A stretch of DNA of 64,000 bases from Candidatus Cacconaster merdequi. Lineage in GTDB: Bacteria > Bacteroidota > Bacteroidia > Bacteroidales > UBA932. Where the stretch lies: contig JAGHVK010000003.1 of the NCBI GenBank assembly GCA_018064345.1, positions 5,189 through 69,188 of the forward strand, read 5' to 3'. The translations under genes were made by a program, and so were the position numbers. Of the stretch, positions 31,570 through 41,460 are shown piece by piece. Positions within the stretch are counted from its first letter, which is position 1. Every line of letters begins with the position of its first letter. The notes beneath the pieces were generated by a model. It was not told where the DNA came from. It saw nothing but the letters and a program-made list of their open reading frames with translations, and did no database searches.

Positions 31570-31577
31570 CAAATATA
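31570..31577 (-). promoter_or_regulatory. -7 box TATATTTG upstream of the ABC exporter operon
   Basis: Perfect TAnnTTTG on the minus strand, 23 nt upstream of ATG 31547 and immediately downstream of the FKBP-gene terminator. Confidence 0.55.
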
Positions 31578-31580
31578 AAC

Positions 31581-31607
31581 AAAAAAAGCGGCGAAAGGCC
31601 GCTTTTT
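31581..31607 (-). terminator. Rho-independent (bidirectional-looking) terminator after the FKBP isomerase gene
   Basis: AAAAAAA-GCGGC-GAAAG-GCCGC-TTTTT, 25 nt after the stop at 31632. Confidence 0.7.
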
Positions 31608-31631
31608 AATCAATAATCTGTCAAAGAAGGA

Positions 31632-32357
31632 TTATTTCCCTTCTTCAGCAGTCTCCACAAATGGCTTCACGCTGATAAGTTCGACTTTGAACTTGATTGC
31701 TGCACCAGGAAGGATGTCTGCACCGGCACCGTTGTCACCGTATGCAAGGTCAGCAGGAATCCAGAGATTGATTTCGCTGCCTTCGTCAGCATGCATGATA
31801 CCTTCGCTCCAGCCCTTGATAACCTGATTGAGAGGGAACTTGGCTGTCGTGCCACGTTCGTATGAAGAATCGAATACCTTGCCGGCGATAGTCGAACCCT
31901 CATAGTTCACCTCAACAGTGTCCTTGTCGCTTGTAGGGAACACACCGTTACCGGCGCGTACAATCTGGTACTGGAGACCTGACTCGGTTGTAACCACACC
32001 TTCAGCTGTTGTGTTCTTCTCGAGGAAGGCAGCGCTTTCAGCAACGGTCTTCTCCTTGAGGAGTTCCATTCTCTTCTCCATGAATCCGTTCAGCACGCGG
32101 TAGAATTCATCCTGAGGAACCTCTTCACCACCTATGGCAGCCTTGATTCCCTCGCACATCTTGTCCATGTTGAGTGCTCCGAAATTCGACTGGGCCAGAT
32201 TCATTCCGAAAGAGTAGCCGAGCATGAAACTTGCTGAATCGACATCCGCCTTGCTGATGCCTTCAGGTTGTTTTTCGTCAGATGTCATACGGGAGCAAGA
32301 GCAGGATGCAATCACTCCCAAAACGCAGATTGCGGCAATTGATAAAATTTTTTTCAT
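31632..32357 (-). CDS. FKBP-type peptidyl-prolyl cis-trans isomerase (lipoprotein)
   Basis: Lipobox (VIASCS), an N-terminal FkpA-like dimerisation region, and an FKBP domain (VIKGWSEGIMHADEGSEINLWIPADLAYG). Confidence 0.9.
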   Translation of the reverse strand: MKKILSIAAICVLGVIASCSCSRMTSDEKQPEGISKADVDSASFMLGYSFGMNLAQSNFGALNMDKMCEGIKAAIGGEEVPQDEFYRVLNGFMEKRMELLKEKTVAESAAFLEKNTTAEGVVTTESGLQYQIVRAGNGVFPTSDKDTVEVNYEGSTIAGKVFDSSYERGTTAKFPLNQVIKGWSEGIMHADEGSEINLWIPADLAYGDNGAGADILPGAAIKFKVELISVKPFVETAEEGK

Positions 32358-32363
32358 TTGATT

Positions 32364-33713
32364 TTATTTGTTTTGTTGGTTCGTATTTCTTGTGAAAAGA
32401 TACATAACGGCAAGTCCCACGACTGCGGCCACGAGGGATGAAATCAAAATCACCACCTTTCCCATATCAATGAAAGACTGGTCGCTGAATGCCAGATTGT
32501 CTATGAAGATGGACATAGTGAATCCTATTCCACCGAGTATGCCCATTGCAAATATCTGTTTCCAGCAAGTGTTTGCCGGCAGGTCGGCAAGTTTGAGCTT
32601 CACTGCAAGCCAGCTGAACACGAAGATTCCAAGAGGCTTGCCGCAGAAAAGGCCGAAGAATATGCCGGGGGCGATTGAAGGGATGCCACCGGAGAGCGAA
32701 AAAGAGTCTATCGCAACTCCCGCATTTGCAAGTGCGAAGAGCGGCATTATCACGAAATTCACGACAGGCTGCAGGTTGGACTCGAACTTGTGAAGCAAAG
32801 GCTCCATTTCATCCATATTCTCACTCATTGCGTGGATAAGATGCTGTTGGGCATCATTTGCCAGGAGGTCCGTGCCGTCAGAAGATGTCTTGAACTCGTT
32901 GATCAGAGCCTGGCCGCGTTCAACGAACGCTTTCTGGCTGACCGAACTCCTCATAGGTATTGTGAGGGCGAGCAGCACACCGGCTATCGTAGCGTGGATT
33001 CCGGAACACAGCACGAAGTACCACATCACGATGCCGCAAAGTACATAAACGAATCCCTTCCTCACCCCGGCCTTGTTCATAAGAAGGAGCAGGACGAATA
33101 TGCCCAATGCTATGCCGAGGGCTGCGAAATCAAGAGCGTGGGTAGGATAGAAAATCGCAAGCACGAGAATAGCTCCGAGGTCATCCGCAATGGCAAGCGC
33201 GGTCAGGAGCACCTTGACACCTATTGGAACGCGGTTACCCAAAAGAGATAATATGCCGATTGCAAAAGCTATGTCAGTCGCCATCGGAATACCCCATCCG
33301 TTCGACGACACAGGATCGGAGGCATTGAAGACGGTATAGATAAGAGCCGGGAACAGCATTCCGCCAAGAGCTGCCACTACCGGCAGAGTCGCCTTTTTCA
33401 CGGTGGAGAGCTGGCCGACAGTCATCTCTCTCTTTATCTCCAGGCCTACGGTAAAGAAGAACACCACCATCAGAGCATCGTTCACCCATTCCACAACAGA
33501 CATCTTCATTGAGAACCTTCCTGCGAACAGTCCGCATTCCTTGTTCCAGAAATCCCATATATGGCTCAGAGAAGGGGAATTGGCAAAGACAAGAGCGATT
33601 ATGGTGCAAACAAGAAGCACAATGCCTCCGGACAACTGGCTCTGCGTAAACTTGGTGAAATATCGCTGGGCCGGTGTCAGGGTAGATGTCGTTTCCATAT
33701 CGTCAAATGTCAT
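32364..33713 (-). CDS. nhaA: Na+/H+ antiporter NhaA
   Basis: Polytopic protein with ALAIADDLGAILV (the NhaA Asp-Asp motif) and FFFTVGLEIKRE. Confidence 0.93.
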   Translation of the reverse strand: MTFDDMETTSTLTPAQRYFTKFTQSQLSGGIVLLVCTIIALVFANSPSLSHIWDFWNKECGLFAGRFSMKMSVVEWVNDALMVVFFFTVGLEIKREMTVGQLSTVKKATLPVVAALGGMLFPALIYTVFNASDPVSSNGWGIPMATDIAFAIGILSLLGNRVPIGVKVLLTALAIADDLGAILVLAIFYPTHALDFAALGIALGIFVLLLLMNKAGVRKGFVYVLCGIVMWYFVLCSGIHATIAGVLLALTIPMRSSVSQKAFVERGQALINEFKTSSDGTDLLANDAQQHLIHAMSENMDEMEPLLHKFESNLQPVVNFVIMPLFALANAGVAIDSFSLSGGIPSIAPGIFFGLFCGKPLGIFVFSWLAVKLKLADLPANTCWKQIFAMGILGGIGFTMSIFIDNLAFSDQSFIDMGKVVILISSLVAAVVGLAVMYLFTRNTNQQNK

Positions 33714-33767
33714 ATAGTTGTGAGTAAAGATTGTCCCGTGGGTACACCAAAGGCATTTTAACTATTG

Positions 33768-33775
33768 CAAAGATA
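33768..33775 (-). promoter_or_regulatory. -7 box TATCTTTG upstream of nhaA
   Basis: Perfect TAnnTTTG on the minus strand, 55 nt upstream of ATG 33713. Confidence 0.5.
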
Positions 33776-33868
33776 GTAATCTTTCAAATAAATTTTATTC
33801 TATTTTTTGAGTTCTATTTGCTTTTTTTTACCTAATTTAGTGATTGAAAGTTGGAATTTTGCTGCAAG

Positions 33869-36076
33869 ATGGGCATCTGTTCACAGGAACTGCATCGTAA
33901 ACTGAAGGATTTCTTCGGGTTTGACACCTTCAAAGGGAATCAGGAAGCCATTATCACTCACTTGATTGATGGAGGCAATGCCTTTGTCCTGATGCCTACA
34001 GGAGGCGGGAAATCTCTGTGCTACCAGCTTCCTGCACTGTGTCTGGACGGCACCGCGATTGTCATCTCCCCTCTTATCGCTCTAATGAAGAACCAGGTCG
34101 ATGCAATCCGCGGATTCATTCAGAACAAGGAGGGCATAGCCCATTTCCTCAACTCTTCGCTTAACAAGGCACAACTTCAGGAGGTGCGTGAAGACCTGCT
34201 TTCAGGCGTGACGAAACTGTTGTACGTGGCTCCCGAATCTCTGACGAAGGAGGAGAACATACAGTTGCTGCGGCAGGTGAAGGTCTCTTTCTACGCCATC
34301 GACGAAGCGCATTGCATTTCTGAATGGGGGCACGACTTCCGTCCTGAGTACAGGCGTATCCACGAGATAATGAAGGTTATCGGGGAAGCGCCGGTCATCG
34401 CACTGACCGCCACTGCCACTCCGAAGGTACAGTCCGACATCCAGAGAAACCTCGGGATGACTGACGCAAAGGTGTTCAAGTCTTCATTCAACAGGCCGAA
34501 CCTCTACTATGAGATAAGGGACAAGTCCAATCCGAAGCACGACATAATCAAGTTCATAAAGGAGAATCCGGGGAAGAGCGGAATCATCTACTGCCTCAGC
34601 AGAAAGAAGGTGGAAGAGATAGCCGAGTTGCTGAACGTGAACGGAATCAAGGCTCTGCCTTACCACGCCGGCCTCGATGCATCGACCAGGTCCCGCAACC
34701 AGGATGCATTCCTGATGGAGAAGATCGATGTCATCGTAGCTACAATAGCCTTCGGTATGGGCATCGACAAGCCGGATGTGCGTTTCGTGATCCATTACGA
34801 CATTCCAAAGAGTCTTGAGGGATACTATCAGGAGACCGGACGTGCTGGGCGCGACGGACGAGAAGGCAAATGCATAGCCTTCTACAGTTTCAAGGACATC
34901 CAGAAATTGGAGAAGTTCATGCAGGGAAAACCTGTCTCAGAGCAGGAAATAGGCAAGCAGCTCCTGATGGAGACCGTATCATACGCAGAATCCAACCAGT
35001 GCCGAAGGAAAATCCTCCTCAATTATTTCGGAGAAGACTACACCGAAGAGAACTGCGGCTCCTGCGACAACTGTCTATACCCGAAGAAACGCTTTGACGG
35101 CAGGGAGTATATGTGTACGGTGATAGAACTTGTCCTGTCGTTGCAGGAAAGTTTCAAGGCTGAATACCTTGCGAATATCCTTACAGGAGTCACCAACTCC
35201 CTGATAAAATCATACAACCATCATCACCACGAGCTGTTCGGCTCAGGCAAGGACAAGGGAACACGGTTCTGGGTAGCTGTCATACGGCAGGGTCTGGTGC
35301 TGCATCTTCTTGACAAGGACATTGAACGATACGGTCTGATTTCGGTAACTCAGTCCGGAAAGGATTTTCTGGAGAATCCTCACGAACTGTTTCTTACGGA
35401 AGACCGCGAATTCATTGACGGTGACGAGGAGGATGACGACGACGGCGGGATGGCCATGCCGAAGCACACCGTCACAGGCGGAGGTGACCCCGTTCTCTTC
35501 TCGATGCTGAAAGATATCCGCAAGGACCTTTCAAAGAAATTGGACATTCCGGCATGGGTAATCTTCTCAGACCCATCCCTTGAGGATATGTCAATACTCT
35601 ACCCGACCACGATTGACGAACTCAAGAACTGCCAGGGAATCGGGGAAGGAAAGGCGCACAAGTTCGGTGACCAGTTCATCAAAGTCATTGCCAGATACGT
35701 GGAAGAGAACGACATAGCCCGTCCTGACGACTTCGTGGTACGCTCAATACCGAACAAATCGGCCAACAAGGTGTACATCATCCAGAGCATTGACCGCAGA
35801 CTGCCATTCGAGGACATAGCCCGCAACAAGGATATGGACTTCGAAGAGCTTCTGGAGGAGATTGAAACTATCGTCAATTCCGGGACAAGGCTGAACATAG
35901 ACTACTACATCAAACAGACAATTGATGAGGACAAGCTGCTCGACATATACGACTATTTCAAGGAAGAGGCCGCCAGCGATTCCGTATCGGATGCACTGAA
36001 AGGCCTCGGAGGCGACTACTCTGAAGATGAAGTGCGGCTTGTAAGAATAAAATTCATCTCCGAACTCGGTAACTGA
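33869..36076 (+). CDS. recQ: ATP-dependent DNA helicase RecQ
   Basis: Motifs PTGGGKSLCYQLPA, DEAH box (AIDEAHCISEWGHDFRPEY), a Zn-finger Cys cluster (CRRK...CGSCDNC) and a C-terminal HRDC-like region. Start set to the first ATG (33869). Confidence 0.96.
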   Translation: MGICSQELHRKLKDFFGFDTFKGNQEAIITHLIDGGNAFVLMPTGGGKSLCYQLPALCLDGTAIVISPLIALMKNQVDAIRGFIQNKEGIAHFLNSSLNKAQLQEVREDLLSGVTKLLYVAPESLTKEENIQLLRQVKVSFYAIDEAHCISEWGHDFRPEYRRIHEIMKVIGEAPVIALTATATPKVQSDIQRNLGMTDAKVFKSSFNRPNLYYEIRDKSNPKHDIIKFIKENPGKSGIIYCLSRKKVEEIAELLNVNGIKALPYHAGLDASTRSRNQDAFLMEKIDVIVATIAFGMGIDKPDVRFVIHYDIPKSLEGYYQETGRAGRDGREGKCIAFYSFKDIQKLEKFMQGKPVSEQEIGKQLLMETVSYAESNQCRRKILLNYFGEDYTEENCGSCDNCLYPKKRFDGREYMCTVIELVLSLQESFKAEYLANILTGVTNSLIKSYNHHHHELFGSGKDKGTRFWVAVIRQGLVLHLLDKDIERYGLISVTQSGKDFLENPHELFLTEDREFIDGDEEDDDDGGMAMPKHTVTGGGDPVLFSMLKDIRKDLSKKLDIPAWVIFSDPSLEDMSILYPTTIDELKNCQGIGEGKAHKFGDQFIKVIARYVEENDIARPDDFVVRSIPNKSANKVYIIQSIDRRLPFEDIARNKDMDFEELLEEIETIVNSGTRLNIDYYIKQTIDEDKLLDIYDYFKEEAASDSVSDALKGLGGDYSEDEVRLVRIKFISELGN

Positions 36077-36094
36077 CCTGAACATATTCAAACA

Positions 36095-36682
36095 ATGATA
36101 CTACAATTAAAAGTGACCATTCCGGCGGAAAGCAAGAAGTTTTCCAGGACTTATGAAGTCAGGGGAGAAATGACTCTCTTCCGGTTCAATACATTTATTC
36201 TCACTGACTTGGGATTCGCACCAGACCAGATGGTGATATTCGAGGGATACGATGAAAAAGGCAATGTCTCAAGCGAATACGGACTGTTCGATATGGGTGA
36301 CGGGTCGATGGACACCGTTTCTTTCGAAGATATAGTGTCGCGCGGCGAGATGATGCTGCACTATGTATTCGACCTCCACAGCGAAAGGTTTCTCGTGATT
36401 TCCATCGAGGGTGAGGTTCCACAGGTTGCCGTCAGGTCATACCCTGCCGTGGTGGCCGAAGCCGGCCCTATGCCTACACAGTTCGAAAAGATGGTTGAGA
36501 TAGAAGAGGAGCCCATCCACGCGCGCAAGCGTTCAAGGAAAGATGACGGCAAGCTGGAAGATGACGAGGATTACGATGACGATGACGATCTTGATGATGA
36601 CGACCTCGATGACGAAGATGACGAAGACGAAGACAGCATTTACGACGGAGAGGAAGGAAAGGAAATATATGGCGAAGAGTGA
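36095..36682 (+). CDS. Hypothetical protein: N-terminal ~120-aa globular domain (tentatively MM3350/PRiA4_ORF3-like) plus poly-Asp/Glu tail
   Basis: 195 aa. The N-terminus LQLKVTI...F.R.YEV.GEMTLFRFNTFILTDLGF loosely resembles the PRiA4_ORF3 pattern. The C-terminal ~45 aa are almost entirely D/E (DDEDYDDDDDLDDDDLDDEDDEDED). It lies 18 nt after recQ and 3 nt before miaA. Confidence 0.72.
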   Translation: MILQLKVTIPAESKKFSRTYEVRGEMTLFRFNTFILTDLGFAPDQMVIFEGYDEKGNVSSEYGLFDMGDGSMDTVSFEDIVSRGEMMLHYVFDLHSERFLVISIEGEVPQVAVRSYPAVVAEAGPMPTQFEKMVEIEEEPIHARKRSRKDDGKLEDDEDYDDDDDLDDDDLDDEDDEDEDSIYDGEEGKEIYGEE

Positions 36683-36685
36683 CGT

Positions 36686-37540
36686 ATGCCGCTCTTGAAA
36701 GTGATACTCGGACCCACCGCCGTCGGAAAGACGGAATATGCCATCAAGGTGGCGGAAGAGTTGGGTTCGCCTGTCATTTCGTGCGACTCGCGCCAGATTT
36801 TCAAGGAGATGTCCGTCGGAACGGCGAAGCCGACTGATGAGCAACTGGCAAGAGTGAAGCATTTCTTTATCGGAACTCACAGCATCACAGAGAATTATAC
36901 GGCCGGCCTCTACGAAATAGAGGCTCTTTCCCTGCTGGAGGAGTTGTTCCGCAGTCACGATGTTCTGGTAATGGCCGGAGGTTCAGGACTGTATGTTGAT
37001 GCCCTGTGCAACGGTCTGGACGACTTTCCGGCAGCTGACCTTCAACTGAGGGATGAGTTGAACGGTCGCTTGAAGAGAGAGGGTGTGGAATCCCTGCGAA
37101 GGGAACTGAAGCTGCTTGACCCCCAATCTTATGAAGATATCGACATAGCCAACGCCCAACGTGTGGTCAGAGCATTGGAGGTCACACTTTCCACCGGAAG
37201 GAAGTTTTCTTCCTTCAAGACGGCCCCGCACAAGAAACGCAGTTTCGAGATAGAAAAGGTCTGCCTTGTCCGCCCTCGGGAAGTGCTGTATGAGCGCATC
37301 GACCGCAGAGTCGATGAAATGATGGCCCGGGGTTTGGAAGAAGAGGCCCGCAGTCTCCTGCCGTACCGCAGTCTCCCCGCAATGAACACGGTAGGATACA
37401 AAGAGCTCTTCGGATATTTCGACGGTGAATACGATTTGGAAGAGGCTACAAGACTCATCAAACGGAACACCCGCCATTACGCGAAAAGGCAGATGACCTG
37501 GTGGCGCCGCGACCCTTCCATAGAATGGATAGAATTATGA
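36686..37540 (+). CDS. miaA: tRNA dimethylallyltransferase
   Basis: P-loop ILGPTAVGKT plus the SCDSRQIFKEMSVGTAKP motif and YAKRQMTWWR. Confidence 0.95.
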   Translation: MPLLKVILGPTAVGKTEYAIKVAEELGSPVISCDSRQIFKEMSVGTAKPTDEQLARVKHFFIGTHSITENYTAGLYEIEALSLLEELFRSHDVLVMAGGSGLYVDALCNGLDDFPAADLQLRDELNGRLKREGVESLRRELKLLDPQSYEDIDIANAQRVVRALEVTLSTGRKFSSFKTAPHKKRSFEIEKVCLVRPREVLYERIDRRVDEMMARGLEEEARSLLPYRSLPAMNTVGYKELFGYFDGEYDLEEATRLIKRNTRHYAKRQMTWWRRDPSIEWIEL

Positions 37541-38148
37541 CGACTTCCGATACATACAAATCCATCGCTTCCGCTTCGCAGGGAGTGTACAAGGATCTCG
37601 GCAGCAAGTTCCTTGCTTTCGCCTACCCCGTTGAAAGCACAGACGAGGTGAAAGGAATCGTCGAGAGAATCAAGAAAGAATATTTCGACGCACGTCATCA
37701 CTGCTATGCCTACCGTATAGGGAAAGACGGCCAGCAGTGGCGTGTGAACGACGACGGAGAGCCTTCATCCACCGCAGGCAGGCCTATTCTCGGGCAGATT
37801 CTTTCAAACGGACTCTCCGACATCCTTGTGGTTGTGGTCAGATATTTCGGAGGCACGAAACTGGGAGTGCCAGGGCTTATCAAGGCATACAGAAGCGCTA
37901 CGGCTGATGCCATAGCCGGCAGCAGAATAATTGAAAAAGTTGCCGGCGTCGTTTACTCCATCGATTTTGATTACCTGCAGATGAATGACGTTCAGAAGAT
38001 TCTCAAGGATATGGGAATCACCCCATTGCATCAATCATTCGACCTGAGTTGCCACATTGAGGCAAGAGTACGTCTCTCCCTGGAGGAAGAGTTCTGCAAG
38101 GCGTTGTCGTTTTGCAGGATAAAATCATTATCTTTGCATAGTTCATGA
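37537..38148 (+). CDS. yigZ: YigZ/IMPACT-family (UPF0029) protein
   Basis: Motifs ARHHCYAYRIG and EPSSTAGRPIL. Start at ATG 37537, forming an ATGA overlap with miaA. Confidence 0.85.
   Translation: MTTSDTYKSIASASQGVYKDLGSKFLAFAYPVESTDEVKGIVERIKKEYFDARHHCYAYRIGKDGQQWRVNDDGEPSSTAGRPILGQILSNGLSDILVVVVRYFGGTKLGVPGLIKAYRSATADAIAGSRIIEKVAGVVYSIDFDYLQMNDVQKILKDMGITPLHQSFDLSCHIEARVRLSLEEEFCKALSFCRIKSLSLHSS
38129..38136 (+). promoter_or_regulatory. -7 box TATCTTTG upstream of serC (inside the 3' end of yigZ)
   Basis: Perfect TAnnTTTG, 46 nt upstream of ATG 38182. Confidence 0.5.
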
Positions 38149-38181
38149 ATCTGCATATAAATGGTTCAATATCATACAACA

Positions 38182-39255
38182 ATGAAAAAGGTTTATAATT
38201 TCAACGCAGGCCCTTGCGTGTTGCCGCAGCAGGCAATCGATGCGGCCGTCGAAGCCTTGAAAGACTTCAATCACACCGGTCTTTCCGTAATCTCAGTATC
38301 ACACCGCACCAAAGAATGGGAATCTGTTATGAACGAGTGCCGTGGACTTTGGAGGGAACTGCTTCATATTCCTGACAACTATGATATAATCTTCCTTGGA
38401 GGAGGTGCTTCCCTTCAGTTCCTCTATGTAGCGATGAACCTTCTTGAAAACAAGGCAGGATACCTTGAGACCGGAGTCTGGGCGAAAAAGGCGCTCAAAG
38501 AGGCCAAGGGGCTCGGCAACGCTTTCGCTGTAGCATCATCCGCCGACAAAACCTTCTGCTACATTCCTAAGGGATATGAGATCCCTGCCGACCTCGACTA
38601 CTTCCATATCACCACCAACAATACAATCTACGGAACTGAGATAAAGTACGATATGGATTCTCCTGTGAATCTTGTCGCAGATATGTCGTCCGACATAATG
38701 AGCCGTCCGGTGGACGTGAGCAAGTACGCGATAATCTACGGTGGCGCCCAGAAGAACGTGGGTCCTGCAGGTGTCGCTTTCGCTATCATCCGCAAGGACA
38801 TTCTCGGAAAGGTCAGCAGATACATCCCTACTATGCTCGACTACCGCACACACATCGACGGAGAGAGCATGTTCAACACACCTCCTGTGTTCTCGATATT
38901 CGTTATGAACGAGACGCTCAAGTGGCTCAAGGGCATCGGTGGAGTTGAAGCCATCCACGAGATAAACGAGAGGAAGGCCGCGATGCTCTACGAAGAGATT
39001 GACCGCAACTCGATGTTCATCGGGACCGCAGCAAAGGAGGACCGCTCCATAATGAACGTATGTTTCGTGATGGCTCCCGGCAAGGAGGCCCTTCAGGACG
39101 AATTCATGGCATTCGCCAAGGAGCGCGGCATGACAGGCATCAAAGGTCACCGTTCAGTAGGCGGATTCAGGGCTTCCATCTACAACGCCTGCCCGATTGA
39201 GGCGGTAGAGGCTCTGATTGCCTGTATGAAAGAGTTTGAGGAAATTCACAGATAA
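38182..39255 (+). CDS. serC: Phosphoserine aminotransferase
   Basis: Begins [15 protein letters not shown], with the [15 protein letters not shown]-Lys region and [15 protein letters not shown]. Confidence 0.95.
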   Translation: MKKVYNFNAGPCVLPQQAIDAAVEALKDFNHTGLSVISVSHRTKEWESVMNECRGLWRELLHIPDNYDIIFLGGGASLQFLYVAMNLLENKAGYLETGVWAKKALKEAKGLGNAFAVASSADKTFCYIPKGYEIPADLDYFHITTNNTIYGTEIKYDMDSPVNLVADMSSDIMSRPVDVSKYAIIYGGAQKNVGPAGVAFAIIRKDILGKVSRYIPTMLDYRTHIDGESMFNTPPVFSIFVMNETLKWLKGIGGVEAIHEINERKAAMLYEEIDRNSMFIGTAAKEDRSIMNVCFVMAPGKEALQDEFMAFAKERGMTGIKGHRSVGGFRASIYNACPIEAVEALIACMKEFEEIHR

Positions 39256-39268
39256 TATCCACGGTAAG

Positions 39269-40189
39269 ATGAAAGTACTTGTCGCAACTGAAAAGCCTTT
39301 TGCAAAGGCTGCTGTCAATGGAATACGCGAAATTGTGGAGAAGAACGGTCATTCGCTCTCCCTTCTTGAGAAATATTCCTCACCGGAAGAATTAAAGGCC
39401 GCTGTCGCTGATGCGGATGCTCTTATCGTCCGTTCAGACAAAGTGACCGCTGATGTGGTAGAAGCAGCATCTTGCCTGAAGATTGTCGTCCGTGCCGGAG
39501 CCGGCTATGACAACCTTGACCTTGCGGCCTGCTCAGCACACGGTATCGTGGCGATGAACACACCTGGACAGAATTCCAATGCTGTTGCCGAACTTGCTCT
39601 CGGTCTTATGATTTATATGAACCGCAACCAGTTCACCCCGGGTACCGGTTCCGAATTGAAAGGCAAGACCATAGGCATCCAGGCCTACGGAAACGTAGGG
39701 AGGCTTGTTGGAAAACTTGCTATGGGATTCGGAATGGATGTCATAGCTTTCGACCCGTTCCTCTCTGCGGAAAAGATAGAGCAGAGCGGAGCCAGGGTGG
39801 CTTCTTCCCTTGAGGAACTCTATGAAAAATCAGATTTTGTATCGCTTCATATCCCGGCCACCCCTCAAACCAAAGGCTCGATAGGAAAGGACCTTGTCAG
39901 CAGAATGCCTAAAGGGGCCTGTCTTATCAATACAGCCCGCAAGGAAGTGATAAACGAGTCCGAACTGTTGGAAGTGCTCACGGAACGTGAAGACCTCCGC
40001 TATGTTGCTGACGTGGCTCCGGAGCGTGCTGAGGAATTCAAGGAAAAACTTGGCAAGCGATATTTCGGAACACCTAAGAAGATGGGAGCTGAAACTGCGG
40101 AAGCCAATATCAATGCCGGGCTTGCCGCAGCAAGCCAGATATGCAGGTTCTTCTCTGACGGCGACCGCACATTCCAACTCAACAAATAG
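39269..40189 (+). CDS. serA: D-3-phosphoglycerate dehydrogenase-type 2-hydroxyacid dehydrogenase
   Basis: NAD-binding GIQAYGNVGRLVG and the catalytic-domain pattern (VSLHIP...T.G, NTARKEVI). Start at ATG 39269 (MKVLVATEKPF). Confidence 0.85.
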   Translation: MKVLVATEKPFAKAAVNGIREIVEKNGHSLSLLEKYSSPEELKAAVADADALIVRSDKVTADVVEAASCLKIVVRAGAGYDNLDLAACSAHGIVAMNTPGQNSNAVAELALGLMIYMNRNQFTPGTGSELKGKTIGIQAYGNVGRLVGKLAMGFGMDVIAFDPFLSAEKIEQSGARVASSLEELYEKSDFVSLHIPATPQTKGSIGKDLVSRMPKGACLINTARKEVINESELLEVLTEREDLRYVADVAPERAEEFKEKLGKRYFGTPKKMGAETAEANINAGLAAASQICRFFSDGDRTFQLNK

Positions 40190-40195
40190 CTTGAT

Positions 40196-41440
40196 ATGGT
40201 AAAGGTCAAACCATTCGCAGCAATCCGCCCGCCAAGGGAAATTGCAAAGGAAGTGTCCGCGAGGCCATACGATGTAATGAACTCATCGGAGGCGCGTTCA
40301 GAAGCCGGAGAGAAGTCCCTTCTTCACATCACCCGTCCTGAAATTGATTTCACCCCGATGGCAGGTGAGCACGAACAGCGCTCATACGACAAGGCCGTCG
40401 CCAACTTCAAGCTCTGGCAGGAGAAGGGGTGGCTCACACAGGATGCAAAAGAGTGCTACTATGTGTATGCCCAGAGTATGGAGGGACGTACTCAATACGG
40501 AATCATCCTGTGCGCCAATACAGAAGATTACTTGAACGGAACCATAAAGAAGCATGAGCTTACCCGCAAGGAGAAGGAAGATGACCGTATGGTGCACGTC
40601 CGTATCCAGAATGCCAACATTGAGCCTGTCTTCTTCGCATATCCCGACAACGAGGAGCTTGATGCCATTATGTTCCGGTATATCGCCAAGGTCCCGGAGT
40701 ATGATTTCATCGCTGATGAGGACGGTTTCGGCCACAAGCTCTGGGTGATTGACAATGACGAGGACATCGCTCGCATAACCCGAATCTTTGCCGGCATTCC
40801 GGCATTCTACGTTGCTGACGGTCATCACCGCACCGCTGCTGCGGCCCGTGTCGGAGCGGAGAAGAAGGCCGCGAATCCTCTTCATACCGGAGAAGAGGAG
40901 TACAACTTCTTTATGGCTGTCTGCTTCCCTGACAATCAGCTCAAGATAATCGACTACAACCGCGTGGTCAGGGATTTGAACTCCCTTTCTGAAGCTGATT
41001 TTCTCAAGGCCCTTGAAAATGACTTCATTGTAAAGGAGATGGGCGAAAGCATATACAAGCCGTGCGCACTTCACAACTTTTCGATGTATCTTGCCGGCAA
41101 GTGGTATTCTCTTACCGCGAAGCCGGGTACATACGATGACAGTGACCCTATCGGGGTGCTTGACGTGACCGTATGTTCCAACCTGATTTTCGACAAGATT
41201 CTGAATTTGGGGGACTTGCGCACTTCGCAGCGCATCGACTTCGTCGGCGGCATCCGGGGACTCGGAGAGTTGAAGAAGAGGGTGGACAGTGGAGAGATGG
41301 CGGCGGCATTCGCTCTCTACCCCGTTTCGATGGACCAGCTTATCGCCATTGCCGATTCCGGCAACATAATGCCTCCGAAGACTACCTGGTTCGAGCCGAA
41401 ACTCCGCAGCGGCCTCGCCATCCACAAACTCGAAAGATAG
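40196..41440 (+). CDS. DUF1015-family protein (function unknown)
   Basis: 414 aa. The N-terminus MVKVKPFAAIRP...ARPYDV and the internal ADGHHR motif match my recollection of DUF1015. It starts 6 nt after serA. Confidence 0.8.
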   Translation: MVKVKPFAAIRPPREIAKEVSARPYDVMNSSEARSEAGEKSLLHITRPEIDFTPMAGEHEQRSYDKAVANFKLWQEKGWLTQDAKECYYVYAQSMEGRTQYGIILCANTEDYLNGTIKKHELTRKEKEDDRMVHVRIQNANIEPVFFAYPDNEELDAIMFRYIAKVPEYDFIADEDGFGHKLWVIDNDEDIARITRIFAGIPAFYVADGHHRTAAAARVGAEKKAANPLHTGEEEYNFFMAVCFPDNQLKIIDYNRVVRDLNSLSEADFLKALENDFIVKEMGESIYKPCALHNFSMYLAGKWYSLTAKPGTYDDSDPIGVLDVTVCSNLIFDKILNLGDLRTSQRIDFVGGIRGLGELKKRVDSGEMAAAFALYPVSMDQLIAIADSGNIMPPKTTWFEPKLRSGLAIHKLER

Positions 41441-41460
41441 AGATTACTACCTACAATGAT

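Noticed and set aside
31548-31613. N-terminal extensions in the ORF track. Examples are the ABC exporter start at 31613, tatD at 23656, alkaline phosphatase at 20308, rpsF at 48925, tmk at 51538, the C11 peptidase at 56451, the S41 peptidase at 61635 and recQ at 33851.
   Set aside because: The extensions start at TTG/GTG or run through terminator hairpins, promoter boxes or the preceding gene. Downstream ATGs give canonical N-termini or signal peptides.
36559-36640. A GAT/GAC/GAA-rich repetitive DNA stretch, considered as a tandem repeat or CRISPR-like array.
   Set aside because: There is no repeat-spacer periodicity. It is simply the codon-level consequence of the poly-Asp/Glu tail of the 36095..36682 CDS.
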